From Welwitschia mirabilis (taxonomy: Eukaryota), in assembly GCA_051453625.1 (NCBI GenBank), contig JBOZIK010000001.1:17457499-17510986 (forward strand): DNA of 53,488 nt, given 5' to 3'. A program made the translations under genes and the position numbers. This document shows, piece after piece, positions 37,322 through 50,052 of the stretch. The notes under the pieces are model-generated. The model ran no database searches and was not told where the DNA came from. It saw only the letters and a list, made by a program, of their open reading frames with translations. The stretch's first letter is position 1. Each line of letters opens with the position of its first letter.

Positions 37322-39225
37322 TTATCACTTATTTAATCATCTCCTTAAGCCTCTTCATTCACTTACTCCATTTTCTAATAACCCATTTAAGCTAATAACA
37401 GATCATCCATCCCATTCATCAGCTTATGAGTTAATGAGATTTATAGATCTAGGATAATTATGTTTAATAAAAATCAATAATAAGTGATTTCATTATTATT
37501 TTAAGTAATATTTATGCATTTTTATAAAAATATTACTTTAAGTTGAATTTTTAAAGTCACATTTTCTTAAGGTCTTAAATTTTGGTAGAAGATGACTGAA
37601 AAAAGATGGAAACTATAATCATATTATATTCCTTGAATTTAAAGGATTTAATTGGGACAAGATTTTTCTTGATTAGGCTAATCAACCAATGGCTCATCTT
37701 ATGTGCATAAAACATAGATATGAAAGAAGAACAAAAAGAAAAATAATAGNNNNNNNNNNNNNNNNNNNNNNNNNNNNNNNNNNNNNNNNNNNNNNNNNNN
37801 NNNNNNNNNNNNNNNNNNNNNNNNNNNNNNNNNNNNNNNNNNNNNNNNNTTTCTTATGTTTAAAGGATTTAATTGGAATAATATTTTTCTTGATTAGGCT
37901 AATTAGCCAAAGGCTCATCTTATGTGCATAAAACATAGATATGAGAAGAAGAACAAAAAAAAAATAATATCTCTTCTCTAAACACATATCTCACTAAGTA
38001 CTTAATTGTGTTTAATTAACTACATCAGGGTTATAAATTCTTACTGATAATAAGCCTTAATTTTTTTCACAAAATAACATGAATAACTCTATTGGAAAAA
38101 AAATTTTGAAATACCAAATGCTCAATGTGATTCGAAGGCTTAAAACAAAGGGAATATATGATAGTAGAAGAGAAAAATAAAGGAAAGGAATAGGTGAAAA
38201 GTGGAGGCCTTTTGATTTTTATTGTGTTCAACTTTTATACTTAAGATTTGATATAGTTTCTTGAATTTTTATAAGTTATTTGGTTAATACTATCCTTGTT
38301 TGATATCGAGATTCATCAAAAATTACAAAAATATAATAAAGGTCATTAATTTAAGTAGGCTATGTTCTTTATTCATGTATTTCATGGTTAAGTTCTTTTC
38401 CATATTTTCATTCTCCATCTTCATCACCCATTCCACTTCATTTTCATTTCTTAAATAAACACGATAAGGTATAAATAATTTCTATGAATTGAATTTTTAC
38501 TTAGCATTTTTTTTAAGAAAACAATAAAAACAAACATCTTGCATTAGATATTTCTTTTTTGTAGCTTAGTGGCATCACTTTGCATCTTTTTCTTTCAATA
38601 AAGGCACTTATCAATATTTTTATAAGGATACATTTTTTAAATATTTTTTACACTTTCTATCATAAAACTTTAAGGATAAAGTTTAATTTTGATTAGAGAG
38701 TATGACATTTTTTCAAAAATTATTAAATTGTAATGCGTAAATTTTAGAAAATTAGTCATAAGTTTTTTAAAGATATATTATTTTTTACAATTTAATATTT
38801 TTCCTTAAATAATTTTTTGCTTTTAATAATTATGTTATCAACTTTTTACTAAGAGTATATCAAAATTTTTATTAGGGGATGTTTTAACATGTAAAAATTG
38901 ACAATCTAATCAAGTTATCTGACTAATTTTGCTTAACAAAAGACATTGATATAACCAATTTATCATGAAATTATGTCTTATATTACTTTTTAATATTTTA
39001 TACAAACTTAGGATCTTCTCATAACATTTTTAGGAAATTTATCTCACTTTGAAAAAGAGACTAAAAAAGATGATCATCTAGCTTAAAATGCCATCATCGC
39101 CTTCAAGGTCACTAGTGTCATTGGTCCTTCTATGTGGAATAATTCATTTCTCACATTCAGAACTTGTCATAAAAAATTCAATCAAATACAATTATGGGAT
39201 TAAATACATTTTACCTTAAAAATAA

Positions 39226-40439
39226 CTAGCATCATCAATGACACATGGTAGTGATGAAAGATGATATGTAGTAGTGACATGTAGCAGTGCTAAGTAGGAT
39301 GATGAAGAATACATATGATAGCATCNNNNNNNNNNNNNNNNNNNNNNNNNNNNNNNNNNNNNNNNNNNNNNNNNNNNNNNNNNNNNNNNNNNNNNNNNNN
39401 NNNNNNNNNNNNNNNNNNNNNNNNNCACATAGTAGTGACATGTAGCAGTGCTAAGCAGGATGATGAAGAAGATATATGATAGCATCATTAGTTTATAGAA
39501 GAAATCTAGAAGTTAAGTGTTAGACTTATCATGATGATTCCTATCTAATGTAAGATCAAAAAGGCCCTACGTAATGTTACATAACATGTTTTATAACCAC
39601 TCATCTAATTCTACAAGCCAAAGGCTTATAAACAACCCCCACCTCATGTTTGTATATAAAATAGCTTTGAGCCTCATTTGTAACATATTTTATTTTGGTA
39701 AAAATAATAGAATCTTTGAAGCATCAAGTCGACATAACCTTCTAAGTGCTTTCTTTGGGAAGTAAGCTTGCTTCAAGGATAGCTTAAGAAGTTCTTTTAG
39801 CTTTCTTCTTTCTTTGTTATAATGTATCTCTTTGATTTTAATATAAAGTAGATTTTTATTTTGACTTTAAGTCATAGACATCTTCATACTTTTAATGTTT
39901 AATAAATCTACATTATCAAGTTATTTTTTTCATTGAAGTGAGTTCCTTAATTAATTGTTCTAGGTCACTTCTATGTGATGGTTCTTAAGTAAATTACATC
40001 CTTACTTTCCATAGTTATTTTCAAGATATGAAGGACCTAGTAACTTTCGAATTCATCAATTCTCATATGGTAAATGAGGTTATGTTACCATAACCAGAGC
40101 TATCATTACTTGATAATTTGAATTATGTATTAAAAAGGTGTAGGATGTCATCACAATGAATAATCTCTTATGAACAAGTTAGGCTAAATCTTGGAGCTTT
40201 CTTACTTCCCTACTTCTTTAGACAAAGTTTTAAACAACATTTTCAACTTTTTTTCTATAGTCCCTTTCTTTAATTATAATGTATAAGATAAGTAAGGTTT
40301 ATGTAATTCTTGTAAGCTATCCCAATTATTCTTATGAAGAGAATTATACTAGGTCCTTACCTAGTTTAAATTTGATTCATTTTACTATTATGAATAATAA
40401 CGAACTTAGCTTTATACCTAAGTATCATGGTTCATATCA
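39226..40439 (+). repeat. Possible solo-LTR-like remnant (boundaries uncertain)
   Basis: Repeated decayed gacacgtggcag-like motifs at 39240-39450, TATA-like tatataaaatagc at ~39653, end-like ggttcatatca at ~40429-40439. No second copy or TSD found. Confidence 0.25.
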
Positions 40440-40807
40440 TTGCAACATGATATAAAGATGAAAAAATATTTTTCATATTATGTTATCCTTTAGAATCATA
40501 TAACTTACAAATTAGATTATGCACATAAATCTTAGCATAGTTACTAATTCTTATGCTTCCTATTATTTATCAATGATTTTAGTATATGTTTATGAATAAA
40601 TATAACTCTAGAAAGGTGCTTATCATAAGACATAACAACTAGTTAATGAGACTCATATCTTATTTATCTATCATAATCTTTACAATAATAACAATATCCT
40701 TTACATAAATAGTAATATCAACAAATGATTTATATCATGAAAATACATTATGATATATCCATTGATATTATAAATATTCATACCAAACTTACTACTATGG
40801 GTATTGT

Positions 40808-41052
40808 TGAAGGGTTTCAGGGAATCCTTGAAGCAGAAGTAAGATAACAATGGAGTAAAGATCAATTAATAAATATAGCTTAATGATTTTATTTATAGTA
40901 AATGAATATAACTAAAGACAATGAGAGAAATTAAGAGAAATGAAATATAGATAGTAATGGATAAGAAGAATGCAAGAGATAATAGGAGAGGGATGAGGAA
41001 GATATCAGGAAGTGATTATAACCACTCTTATAAAAATTAAATATTTCTAACA
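40808..41052 (-). repeat. 3' LTR (245 bp) of the gag-only element
   Basis: Homologous to 44732-44949 and 46272-46490; minus strand begins TGTTAGAAAT directly after ttaaagggagg. Confidence 0.8.
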
Positions 41053-41164
41053 CCTCCCTTTAATGTTAAATTTCACATGAAATTTAGCATTACAACTAAT
41101 AAGAGATATTTGAAATAAGCCTCCAACCTAGCTTAAGTAACTAGAAACATTCACTTAAAATAAA

Positions 41165-41292
41165 ATGGGATAACTTGAGACAAAGTAAAATAACTTGGAA
41201 TAACTCAAAACAAAATGGAATAACTTGGAATAACTTAGAACAACTTGAACAACTCAAAACAAAGAAGAACAACTCAAGATAACTTAGGATAA
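41165..41292. repeat. Degenerate ~10-bp tandem repeats (gaataacttg / aacaactc)
   Basis: taacttgaga...taacttggaa taactcaaaa...taacttggaa taacttagaa caacttgaac aactc... Confidence 0.7.
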
Positions 41293-41399
41293 AAGGGATT
41301 CGATTAATTAAATTTCAAAGAGGACTTCATCATTTGGCAAAGTTATTAATTTTATAGGTTTAGTTTTATTTTCTAATTCATTTATGAGAGCTTGCTTCT

Positions 41400-43700
41400 T
41401 TAGTTTTTTAGTGACTATATCTCTTACTCAATTAAAACAATTAATTGCTTCATGTCCATTTCTTTTGTAGAAGTTATAGGACCTATTCTTACTACATTTT
41501 TATCTACCTTTTCTAATTTTAATGCTTTAGTTATTTCTTCTTTATGTTTCATTTTCCTAAACTCTTCAAGAAATGTAAAGATGATGNNNNNNNNNNNNNN
41601 NNNNNNNNNNNNNNNNNNNNNNNNNNNNNNNNNNNNNNNNNNNNNNNNNNNNNNNNNNNNNNNNNNNNNNNNNNNNNNNNNNNNNNNNNNNNNNNNNNNN
41701 NNNNNNNNNNNNNNNNNNNNNNNNNNNNNNNNNNNNNNNNNNNNNNNNNNNNNNNNNNNNNNNNNNNNNNNNNNNNNNNNNNNNNNNNNNNNNNNNNNNN
41801 NNNNNNNNNNNNNNNNNNNNNNNNNNNNNNNNNNNNNNNNNNNNNNNNNNNNNNNNNNNNNNNNNNNNNNNNNNNNNNNNNNNNNNNNNNNNNNNNNNNN
41901 NNNNNNNNNNNNNNNNNNNNNNNNNNNNNNNNNNNNNNNNNNNNNNNNNNNNNNNNNNNNNNNNNNNNNNNNNNNNNNNNNNNNNNNNNNNNNNNNNNNN
42001 NNNNNNNNNNNNNNNNNNNNNNNNNNNNNNNNNNNNNNNNNNNNNNNNNNNNNNNNNNNNNNNNNNNNNNNNNNNNNNNNNNNNNNNNNNNNNNNNNNNN
42101 NNNNNNNNNNNNNNNNNNNNNNNNNNNNNNNNNNNNNNNNNNNNNNNNNNNNNNNNNNNNNNNNNNNNNNNNNNNNNNNNNNNNNNNNNNNNNNNNNNNN
42201 NNNNNNNNNNNNNNNNNNNNNNNNNNNNNNNNNNNNNNNNNNNNNNNNNNNNNNNNNNNNNNNNNNNNNNNNNNNNNNNNNNNNNNNNNNNNNNNNNNNN
42301 NNNNNNNNNNNNNNNNNNNNNNNNNNNNNNNNNNNNNNNNNNNNNNNNNNNNNNNNNNNNNNNNNNNNNNNNNNNNNNNNNNNNAAAATGAAGCCTTCTT
42401 CAAAAGGAAGACAGTGTGATCAAACTTGGATGGAAGACTACTAAGTAAGATGACTTTGGCATCATCATCATCCACTTTAGCATTGATTAAAAAAAAGTTG
42501 AGTTAAAATTAATTGAAAGTAGTTGACATATTCATCCATGCATTAATTGAAAATAGTTGACATATTCATCCATGCCTTTTCCTTCATTAATCTTTAAGCC
42601 ATAAAATTGATTCTTTTCTTAGCCTCTTAACCAATTACACCAAATAAATTATTTAACTTTCTTTAGTTTTCCTTTGAATACTTAGTTAAATCAACATAGT
42701 GAAAGTAATTATCTTCAAGTGTAAGGCTAATTAGAGATATAGCCCTTAAACCATCATTTTCCACTCTATAATTTTGAATACATCTATTGATTTAGGTATT
42801 GTACCATTTATAACTTGTCATACACCTTTCTCAATTAAGATCAGTTACACCTTGATTTTTCAAGAATGAAAACTTTTACCATTATATTTTTTAGTATCCT
42901 TTCCTANNNNNNNNNNNNNNNNNNNNNNNNNNNNNNNNNNNNNNNNNNNNNNNNNNNNNNNNNNNNNNNNNNNNNNNNNNNNNNNNNNNNNNNNNNNNNN
43001 NNNNNNNNNNNNNNNNNNNNNNNNNNNNNNNNNNNNNNNNNNNNNNNNNNNNNNNNNNNNNNNNNNNNNNNNNNNNNNNNNNNNNNNNNNNNNNNNNNNN
43101 NNNNNNNNNNNNNNNNNNNNNNNNNNNNNNNNNNNNNNNNNNNNNNNNNNNNNNNNNNNNNNNNNNNNNNNNNNNNNNNNNNNNNNNNNNNNNNNNNNNN
43201 NNNNNNNNNNNNNNNNNNNNNNNNNNNNNNNNNNNNNNNNNNNNNNNNNNNNNNNNNNNNNNNNNNNNNNNNNNNNNNNNNNNNNNNNNNNNNNNNNNNN
43301 NNNNNNNNNNNNNNNNNNNNNNNNNNNNNNNNNNNNNNNNNNNNNNNNNNNNNNNNNNNNNNNNNNNNNNNNNNNNNNNNNNNNNNNNNNNNNNNNNNNN
43401 NNNNNNNNNNNNNNNNNNNNNNNNNNNNNNNNNNNNNNNNNNNNNNNNNNNNNNNNNNNNNNNNNNNNNNNNNNNNNNNNNNNNNNNNNNNNNNNNNNNN
43501 NNNNNNNNNNNNNNNNNNNNNNNNNNNNNNNNNNNNNNNTAGCATTTTCCACTCTATAATTTTGGATACATCTGTTGATTTAGGTATTGTACCATTTACA
43601 ACTTGTCATATGCCTTTCTCAATTAAGATCAGTTACACCTTGATTTTTCATGAATGAAAACATTTACCATTATATTTTTTAGTATCCTTTCCTATTATGT
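41400..43700 (-). pseudogene. Copia gag remnant (DUF4219/UBN2-like plus decayed CCHC)
   Basis: KYNGKSFHS*KIKV*LILIEKG...RAISLISLTLEDNYFHYVD (42690-42900, duplicate 43540-43690), MDDDDAKVILLSSLPSKFDHTV (42410-42475), YNFYKRNGHEAINC at 41437-41478 (CNFCKRNGHEAINC after two G>A changes). Confidence 0.75.
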
Positions 43701-44717
43701 TTATTTTCTCTCTTCCTTGATGGGAGTTAGTAAATTTAACCTTAGAATTTAATGTTTAAGAATTAAGTTCCTTGAAAGAGTAATACTTATGTAACCTCCT
43801 CTAGCTTGACTCTCCTCTTACCTCATCCCTTAAAATGTATTTTATTATTTGCTTGCTTATACAAATACACAAACATAATGAAATGCCTTTTTACAACTAA
43901 ACTAATTAAATGAAAGTGAAGGAAAAAAATTAAAGGGAGGGCAATGTAATGCTTTAAAATTAAAAAAGTTATTAAAACATGTCTCATTATCTAGACCACT
44001 CATCCAATGTGGAAGGAGTCACACAGAAGTAGGACATAGATACAGATCTAACTCAAGGATAGTAATTATTGCAACATTAATCCTTTGTGTCTCCCCACCA
44101 ACACAAGCAATCTCATAATCTAGGCATAAAAATTTTAGCTTCAATCAAGGAACTGTAATCAAAATCACTTTCATTTTTAAAATCTAGGAGTGACAAAGCA
44201 GGATCATTAAGAAGCCATCAATAAGACTTCCCTTAAAATTGAGAATGAAAGTATCGTCTCTTAGAAGTCTACATTTAAAATTTTAGCATGAAACAACACC
44301 TAAAATGATGACATTTCTAGGCTGGACCTCCTGCACCAAAATCTTTATAAAAGTAGTTGCCCATTATAGCATGACATACTATATAATATTTATGAAAATG
44401 ATGATTTTTGGATCTTTTATTAAGTTGAGATGAAACATGATAAATCATTTTTATTATTTCAATATAGGATTCACATGGGAGTTGCTTTACTTGAACTTAC
44501 AGGCTTTACGCGTCCTCAAATATAGATCATCTTTTCTAGGTTCCCACTCCTCACAATGTAGCCTACATTTCCATCTTTTTATTGATTATGGTTTGATTAA
44601 TTAAACCTAATCCTGTATTTCTTTATGAATTTCTTTGTAATAGATCTATCTCAAATCAAAAGAACATATTGTAAGATTAGAAGGATCTATGAATTAAACA
44701 AGATTCCTTCTCCTATA

Positions 44718-44729
44718 GCTCTAATACCA
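44718..44729 (-). promoter_or_regulatory. Primer-binding site (tRNA-iMet type)
   Basis: gctctaatacca, 2 nt from the LTR; duplicate gctctaaaacca at ~46258-46269. Confidence 0.8.
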
Positions 44730-44731
44730 AT

Positions 44732-44949
44732 TAAATGGTTTCAAGAAATCCTCGAGGTAGAAACAAGACAGCAATGGAGTAAAGATCAATCAATAATAAA
44801 TCTCAATAATTTTATTCATAGTGAATGAATATATAGTAAGTACAATAAATGAAATTAGGAGAATTAAATTATAGATAGTAATGGATAAGAAGAATGGAAG
44901 AGAGAATAGGAGAGGGAGAAGGAAGATGAAAGGGGGAATATTTCTAACA
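44732..44949 (-). repeat. 5' LTR (218 bp) of the gag-only element
   Basis: Homologous to 40808-41052 and adjacent to the PBS. Confidence 0.8.
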
Positions 44950-45177
44950 TTTATACATGCAAAATTATACTTGTAACAAGTTTAAAACAAATTTGACACT
45001 TAATGAAAAGACCTAAAAAAAAAAAGAAAAAATGAAAATGACTTACTAGAAATATTTTTAAACTAAAACCAACATAAAATTAAATACTCTTCTATTGACT
45101 TGAATAAGAATTGTTAAGAGTGCTTTAAAAATATTTAAAAAAGAAAAAAATCATTTAAAAATAAAAAAAGTGTTTAG

Positions 45178-48100
45178 TTTTTTTTTTTTTTTGACAAAAG
45201 GTGACTATATTAAGAATCAAAATCAGAAAATTATAATCACTTTAGACATGTTGACCTTTCCAAACATGAAGATCTATTTGTTTGAGAAATATATGCATCT
45301 TTTTCCTCAGCCAAACTATTCCAAATAGAAAGAAAGGAAAAGAAAGAGTGAGAAACTACAGTATAATTGGATATCTTAATTTCAAAGACACAACTATTTC
45401 TATGCTTCTAAATTACCTACCATCCCAAAACCAGTTTAGATCTTTTTTATTTATCCATTGTAAAAAAATCTTTTAGTGAATCAATCAACGGAATTTAACA
45501 CTTTTGAAGAATATTTTTTGTAAATAAACAATGTAAAAATATATGACTAATGTCCTCTCCTTTTTCTCCACATANNNNNNNNNNNNNNNNNNNNNNNNNN
45601 NNNNNNNNNNNNNNNNNNNNNNNNNNNNNNNNNNNNNNNNNNNNNNNNNNNNNNNNNNNNNNNNNNNNNNNNNNGCAACATTAATCCTTTGTGTCTCCTA
45701 ACCAATACAAGCAACCTCATAATCTAGGCATAGAAATTCTAGCTTTAATCAAGGAACTATAATCAAAATCACTTTCAGTTTTAAAATCTGAGAGTGACAA
45801 AGCAAGATCATTAAGAAGCCATCAATAAGACTTCCCTTAAAATTGAGAATTAAAGTATCATCTCTTATAAGTCTACATTTAAAATTTTAGCATGAAACAA
45901 CACCTTAAATNNNNNNNNNNATAGAATATTTATGAAAATGATGATTTTTTGGTCTTTTATTATGTGGATATGGAACATGCTAAATCATTTTTGTTATTTC
46001 AATATAGGATTCACATGGAAGTGGCTTTACTTAAACTTATAGGATTTTTGCCTCCTGAAGTATAGATCATCTTTTCTAGGCTTCCACTCCTCACAATGTA
46101 GCCTACATTTCCACCTTTTTATTGATCATGGCTTGATTAATGGAACCTCATCCTGTATTTCTTTGTAAATTTCTTTGTAATAGATCTATCTCAAATCAAA
46201 AGGACATATTGTAAGATTAAAAGGATCTATGAATTAAACAATATTCCTTCTCCTATAGCTCTAAAACCAATTGAATGGTTTCAAGAAACCCTCGAGGTAG
46301 AAACAAGATAGCAATGGAGTAAAGATCAATCAATAAATAAATCTCAATGATTTTATTCATAGTGAATGAATATATAGTAAGAACAATAAATGAAATTAGG
46401 AGAATTGAAATATAGATAGCAATGGGTAAGAAGAACGGAAGAAAGAATGGAAGAGGGATAAGGAAGATGAAAGGGGGAATATTTCTAACATTTATACATA
46501 CAAAATTATACCTATAACAAGTTTAAAACATATTTGATCCTTATTGAAAAGACCTAATAAAAAAAGAAAAAATGGAAATGACTTACTAGAAATATTTTTA
46601 AACTAAGACTAATATAAAATTAAATACTCTCCTATTGACTTGAATATGAATTGTTGAGAGTGCTTTAAAAATATTTAAAAAAGAAAAAAATCATTTAAAA
46701 ATAAAAAAGGTATTTAGATTTTTTTGACAAAAGGGTGACTATGTTAAGAATCAAAATCAGAAAATTATAATCACTTCAGACATGTTGACCTTTCCAAACA
46801 TTAAGGTCTATTTGTTTGAGAAATATATGCATCTTTTTCCTCTGCTAAACAATTCCAAATAGAAAGAAAGGAAAAGAAAGAGTGATAAACTACATTATAA
46901 TTGAGTATCTTATTTTCAAAGGTACAACTGTTTCCATGCTTCTAAATTATCCACCATCCCAAAACTAGTTTAGATTTTTTTATTTATCCATTGTAAAAAA
47001 ATCTTTTAGTGAATCAATTAATAGAATTTAACAATTTTGACAAATCTTTTTTGTAAATGAACAATGTAAAAATATATGACTAATGTCCTCTCCTTCTTCT
47101 CCACATAATAAATAATCTTGATTAATTCTAAAGCCTTTTTGCTAAAGCTTAATATTTGTGAGCAGTTTTCATGTGAGAAGAAACCAAGAAAATACCTTAA
47201 CTTTTTTGGGGATATGTAATTTTCAAATATTTCTCCAATTCGTATCATGTTTAAAATGTTATTAATATATTTTTTTTTCACACTAAGATTCTTACATTTT
47301 TCATTGGTACATTATCTATACTAATATTTTGACTTATTAAGACTGGTCAAAATTGCAGTGCTNNNNNNNNNNNNNNNNNNNNNNNNNNNNNNNNNNNNNN
47401 NNNNNNNNNNNNNNNNNNNNNNNNNNNNNNNNNNNNNNNNGAAATTTTTGGTTCAAGATAATACTTACAAGCCATTTTGGTAAGCATCATTTGATTAAGA
47501 TCCTTCATAGTTTTTAGTTCGAAACCACCTGCTAATTTTGGAACAATAATTTTTTAAAATTTAACAAGATGCAAATGTTGTTTTCCTTTATCTCTAGATC
47601 ATATAAAGTTTTGAATAATCTTATCAATGATTTTTGGAACTTTTATGGGCATTAGCAAGTAAGAGATTGAATGTATGGGAATTGACGTAAAGCAAATCTT
47701 AGNNNNNNNNNNNNNNNNNNNNNNNNNNNNNNNNNNNNNNNNNNNNNNNNNNNNNNNNNNNNNNNNNNNNNNNNNNNNNNNNNNNNNNNNNNNNNNNNNN
47801 NNCAATAATTTTTTAAAATTTAACAAGATGCGAATGTTGTTTTCCTTTATCTCTAGACCATATAAAGTTTTGAATAATCTTATCAATGATTTTTGGAAAT
47901 AGTATGGGCATTAACAAGCAAGAGATTGAATGTATGGGAATTGACATAAAGCAAATCTTAGTGAGAAGAATCTTTCTTGCACTACTAAGAAAGTGATTTT
48001 GTCATTTCAATGTTTTATTACAAACCTTTTTGATAGTTTTCTCCCATAACTTTTCTTGAGATTAATCAAAGGAGAATGAAGAAGCTAGATATTTTTCCAG

Positions 48101-50052
48101 TAATTTTCCTTCAATGCAGTTTAAAACCTGCAAAATTATCTATCTTCTAATACATTGAGAGTTAACAAAAAAACATTTTAGATTTCTCCCAGTTAATTGA
48201 TGGACTTATGCTAGAGGTGAATTATAAGAGAGGATTTTTAACTTTGTATGCAATCAATACATCAATACATTTAAATCTAAGCATAATAATGTATCATCTG
48301 CAAATTAAACTAAAGGAATCCCAANNNNNNNNNNNNNNNNNNNNNNNNNNNNNNNNNNNNNNNNNNNNNNNNNNNNNNNNNNNNNNNNNNNNNNNNNNNN
48401 NNNNNNNNNNNNNNNNNNNNNNNNNNNNNNNNNNNNNNNNNNNNNNNNNNNNNNNNNNNNNNNNNNNNNNNNNNNNNNNNNNNNNNNNNNNNNNNNNNNN
48501 NNNNNNNNNNNNNNNNNNNNNNNNNNNNNNNNNNNNNNNNNNNNNNNNNNNNNNNNNNNNNNNNNNNNNNNNNNNNNNNNNNNNNNNNNNNNNNNNNNNN
48601 NNNNNNNNNNNNNNNNNNNNNNNNNNNNNNNNNNNNNNNNNNNNNNNNNNNNNNNNNNNNNNNNNNNNNNNNNNNNNNNNNNNNNNNNNNNNNNNNNNNN
48701 NNNNNNNNNNNNNNNNNNNNNNNNNNNNNNNNNNNNNNNNNNNNNNNNNNNNNNNNNNNNNNNNNNNNNNNNNNNNNNNNNNNNNNNNNNNNNNNNNNNN
48801 NNNNNNNNNNNNNNNNNNNNNNNNNNNNNNNNNNNNNNNNNNNNNNNNNNNNNNNNNNNNNNNNNNNNNNNNNNNNNNNNNNNNNNNNNNNNNNNNNNNN
48901 NNNNNNNNNNNNNNNNNNNNNNNNNNNNNNNNNNNNNNNNNNNNNNNNNNNNNNNNNNNNNNNNNNNNNNNNNNNNNNNNNNNNNNNNNNNNNNNNNNNN
49001 NNNNNNNNNNNNNNNNNNNNNNNNNNNNNNNNNNNNNNNNNNNNNNNNNNNNNNNNNNNNNNNNNNNNNNNNNNNNNNNNNNNNNNNNNNNNNNNNNNNN
49101 NNNNNNNNNNNNNNNNNNNNNNNNNNNNNNNNNNNNNNNNNNNNNNNNNNNNNNNNNNNNNNNNNNNNNNNNNNNNNNNNNNNNNNNNNNNNNNNNNNNN
49201 NNNNNNNNNNNNNNNNNNNNNNNNNNNNNNNNNNNNNNNNNNNNNNNNNNNNNNNNNNNNNNNNNNNNNNNNNNNNNNNNNNNNNNNNNNNNNACCTTCC
49301 TTTAACAAAACTTACTTGAGATGATGATATATATCTGGAAGAATGGTGGTCAATATTTTTTTCCAAATTTTGAAAATAATTTTATACTAAACATTACATA
49401 AACTTATTGGCTTGTAATCTTGAACTTGAACTACATTTTCATTTTTTTGAATCAGACAGATAAATGTATCACTCATTGGAATAAAGTACTTACCTTTTTA
49501 AAATATCTCATTAACTAGACTAATATAGTCTTTTTTTATAATGCTCCAATAAATTTTGTAGAATTTCACTAGAAATNNNNNNNNNNNNNNNNNNNNNNNN
49601 NNNNNNNNNNNNNNNNNNNNNNNNNNNNNNNNNNNNNNNNNNNNNNNNNNNNNNNNNNNNNNNNNNNNNNNNNNNNCATTAACTAGAGCAATATAGTCTT
49701 TTTTTAGAATACTCCAATAAATTTTGTAGAATTTCACTAGAAATCCATCTGAGCCTAGAGCCTTATTGTTGTTCATGTCTTTAATTGCATTCCACATCTC
49801 CTCCTTTGAGCATGGTTCCTCCATTAATTTTTATGAGCATAAGAAATTTTTTATCATGTAGGAATTCCTTTAATATCAACTGGTTTTGAATCAAATATTT
49901 AAGAAAAATATTATTTGAAGTGGTGTGCATATTTCTTATTTCTTTCATGTTGTGTTTCAGCTTCCCTTTAATATTGAAGATAGATCTCATTGGATATTTT
50001 ATGGCTATTGTCCACTTGAAAAAAATAGCAAGTATTCTTATCTTACTCTTTT
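45178..50052 (-). mobile_element. Second L1-clade LINE family: ORF2 RT/zf-RVT remnant with poly(A) tail
   Basis: T-run at 45178-45192 (shorter duplicate at ~46719-46725), LLCGEEGEDISHIFLHCSFT (zf-RVT, ~47050-47110), INWEKS (~48180), DYKPISLCNV*YKII (~49380-49420), EEMWNAIKDMNNNKALGSDGFLVKFYKIYWSILKKD (ORF 49498-49824), DKNTCYFF (~50020-50042). Confidence 0.85.
45674..47105 (+). repeat. Diverged direct duplicate of 44071-45573 across a 100-N gap
   Basis: Colinear from gcaacattaatcctttgtgtctcc to tgtcctctcc...ccacata, including the LTR, its flank and the LINE tail. Confidence 0.9.

Larger units (their letters stand above)
40808..44949 (-). mobile_element. Short-LTR Ty1/copia-type non-autonomous element encoding gag only (TR-GAG-like)
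   Basis: LTRs 40808-41052 and 44732-44949 share tgaa.ggtttca... and ...atatttctaaca. PBS 44718-44729, PPT cctcccttt at 41053-41061, gag remnants inside, no pol motifs. TSD weak (attgt/tttat). Confidence 0.75.

Noticed and set aside
38670..39046. Mutator-like MITE (ggataaagttt ... aaatttatct ends)
   Set aside because: The terminal inverted match is short and imperfect and I could not identify a TSD.
43929..43950. Plus-strand PPT and LTR start (ttaaagggagggcaa|tgtaat)
   Set aside because: No matching second LTR, CA end or TSD found. It lies in the leader of the gag-only element and may be coincidental.
46272..46490. Third LTR suggesting a tandem two-element array of the gag-only retrotransposon
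   Set aside because: It lies in a block that duplicates 44071-45573 including outside flank and LINE tail, across a 100-N gap. A haplotype or assembly duplicate explains it better.
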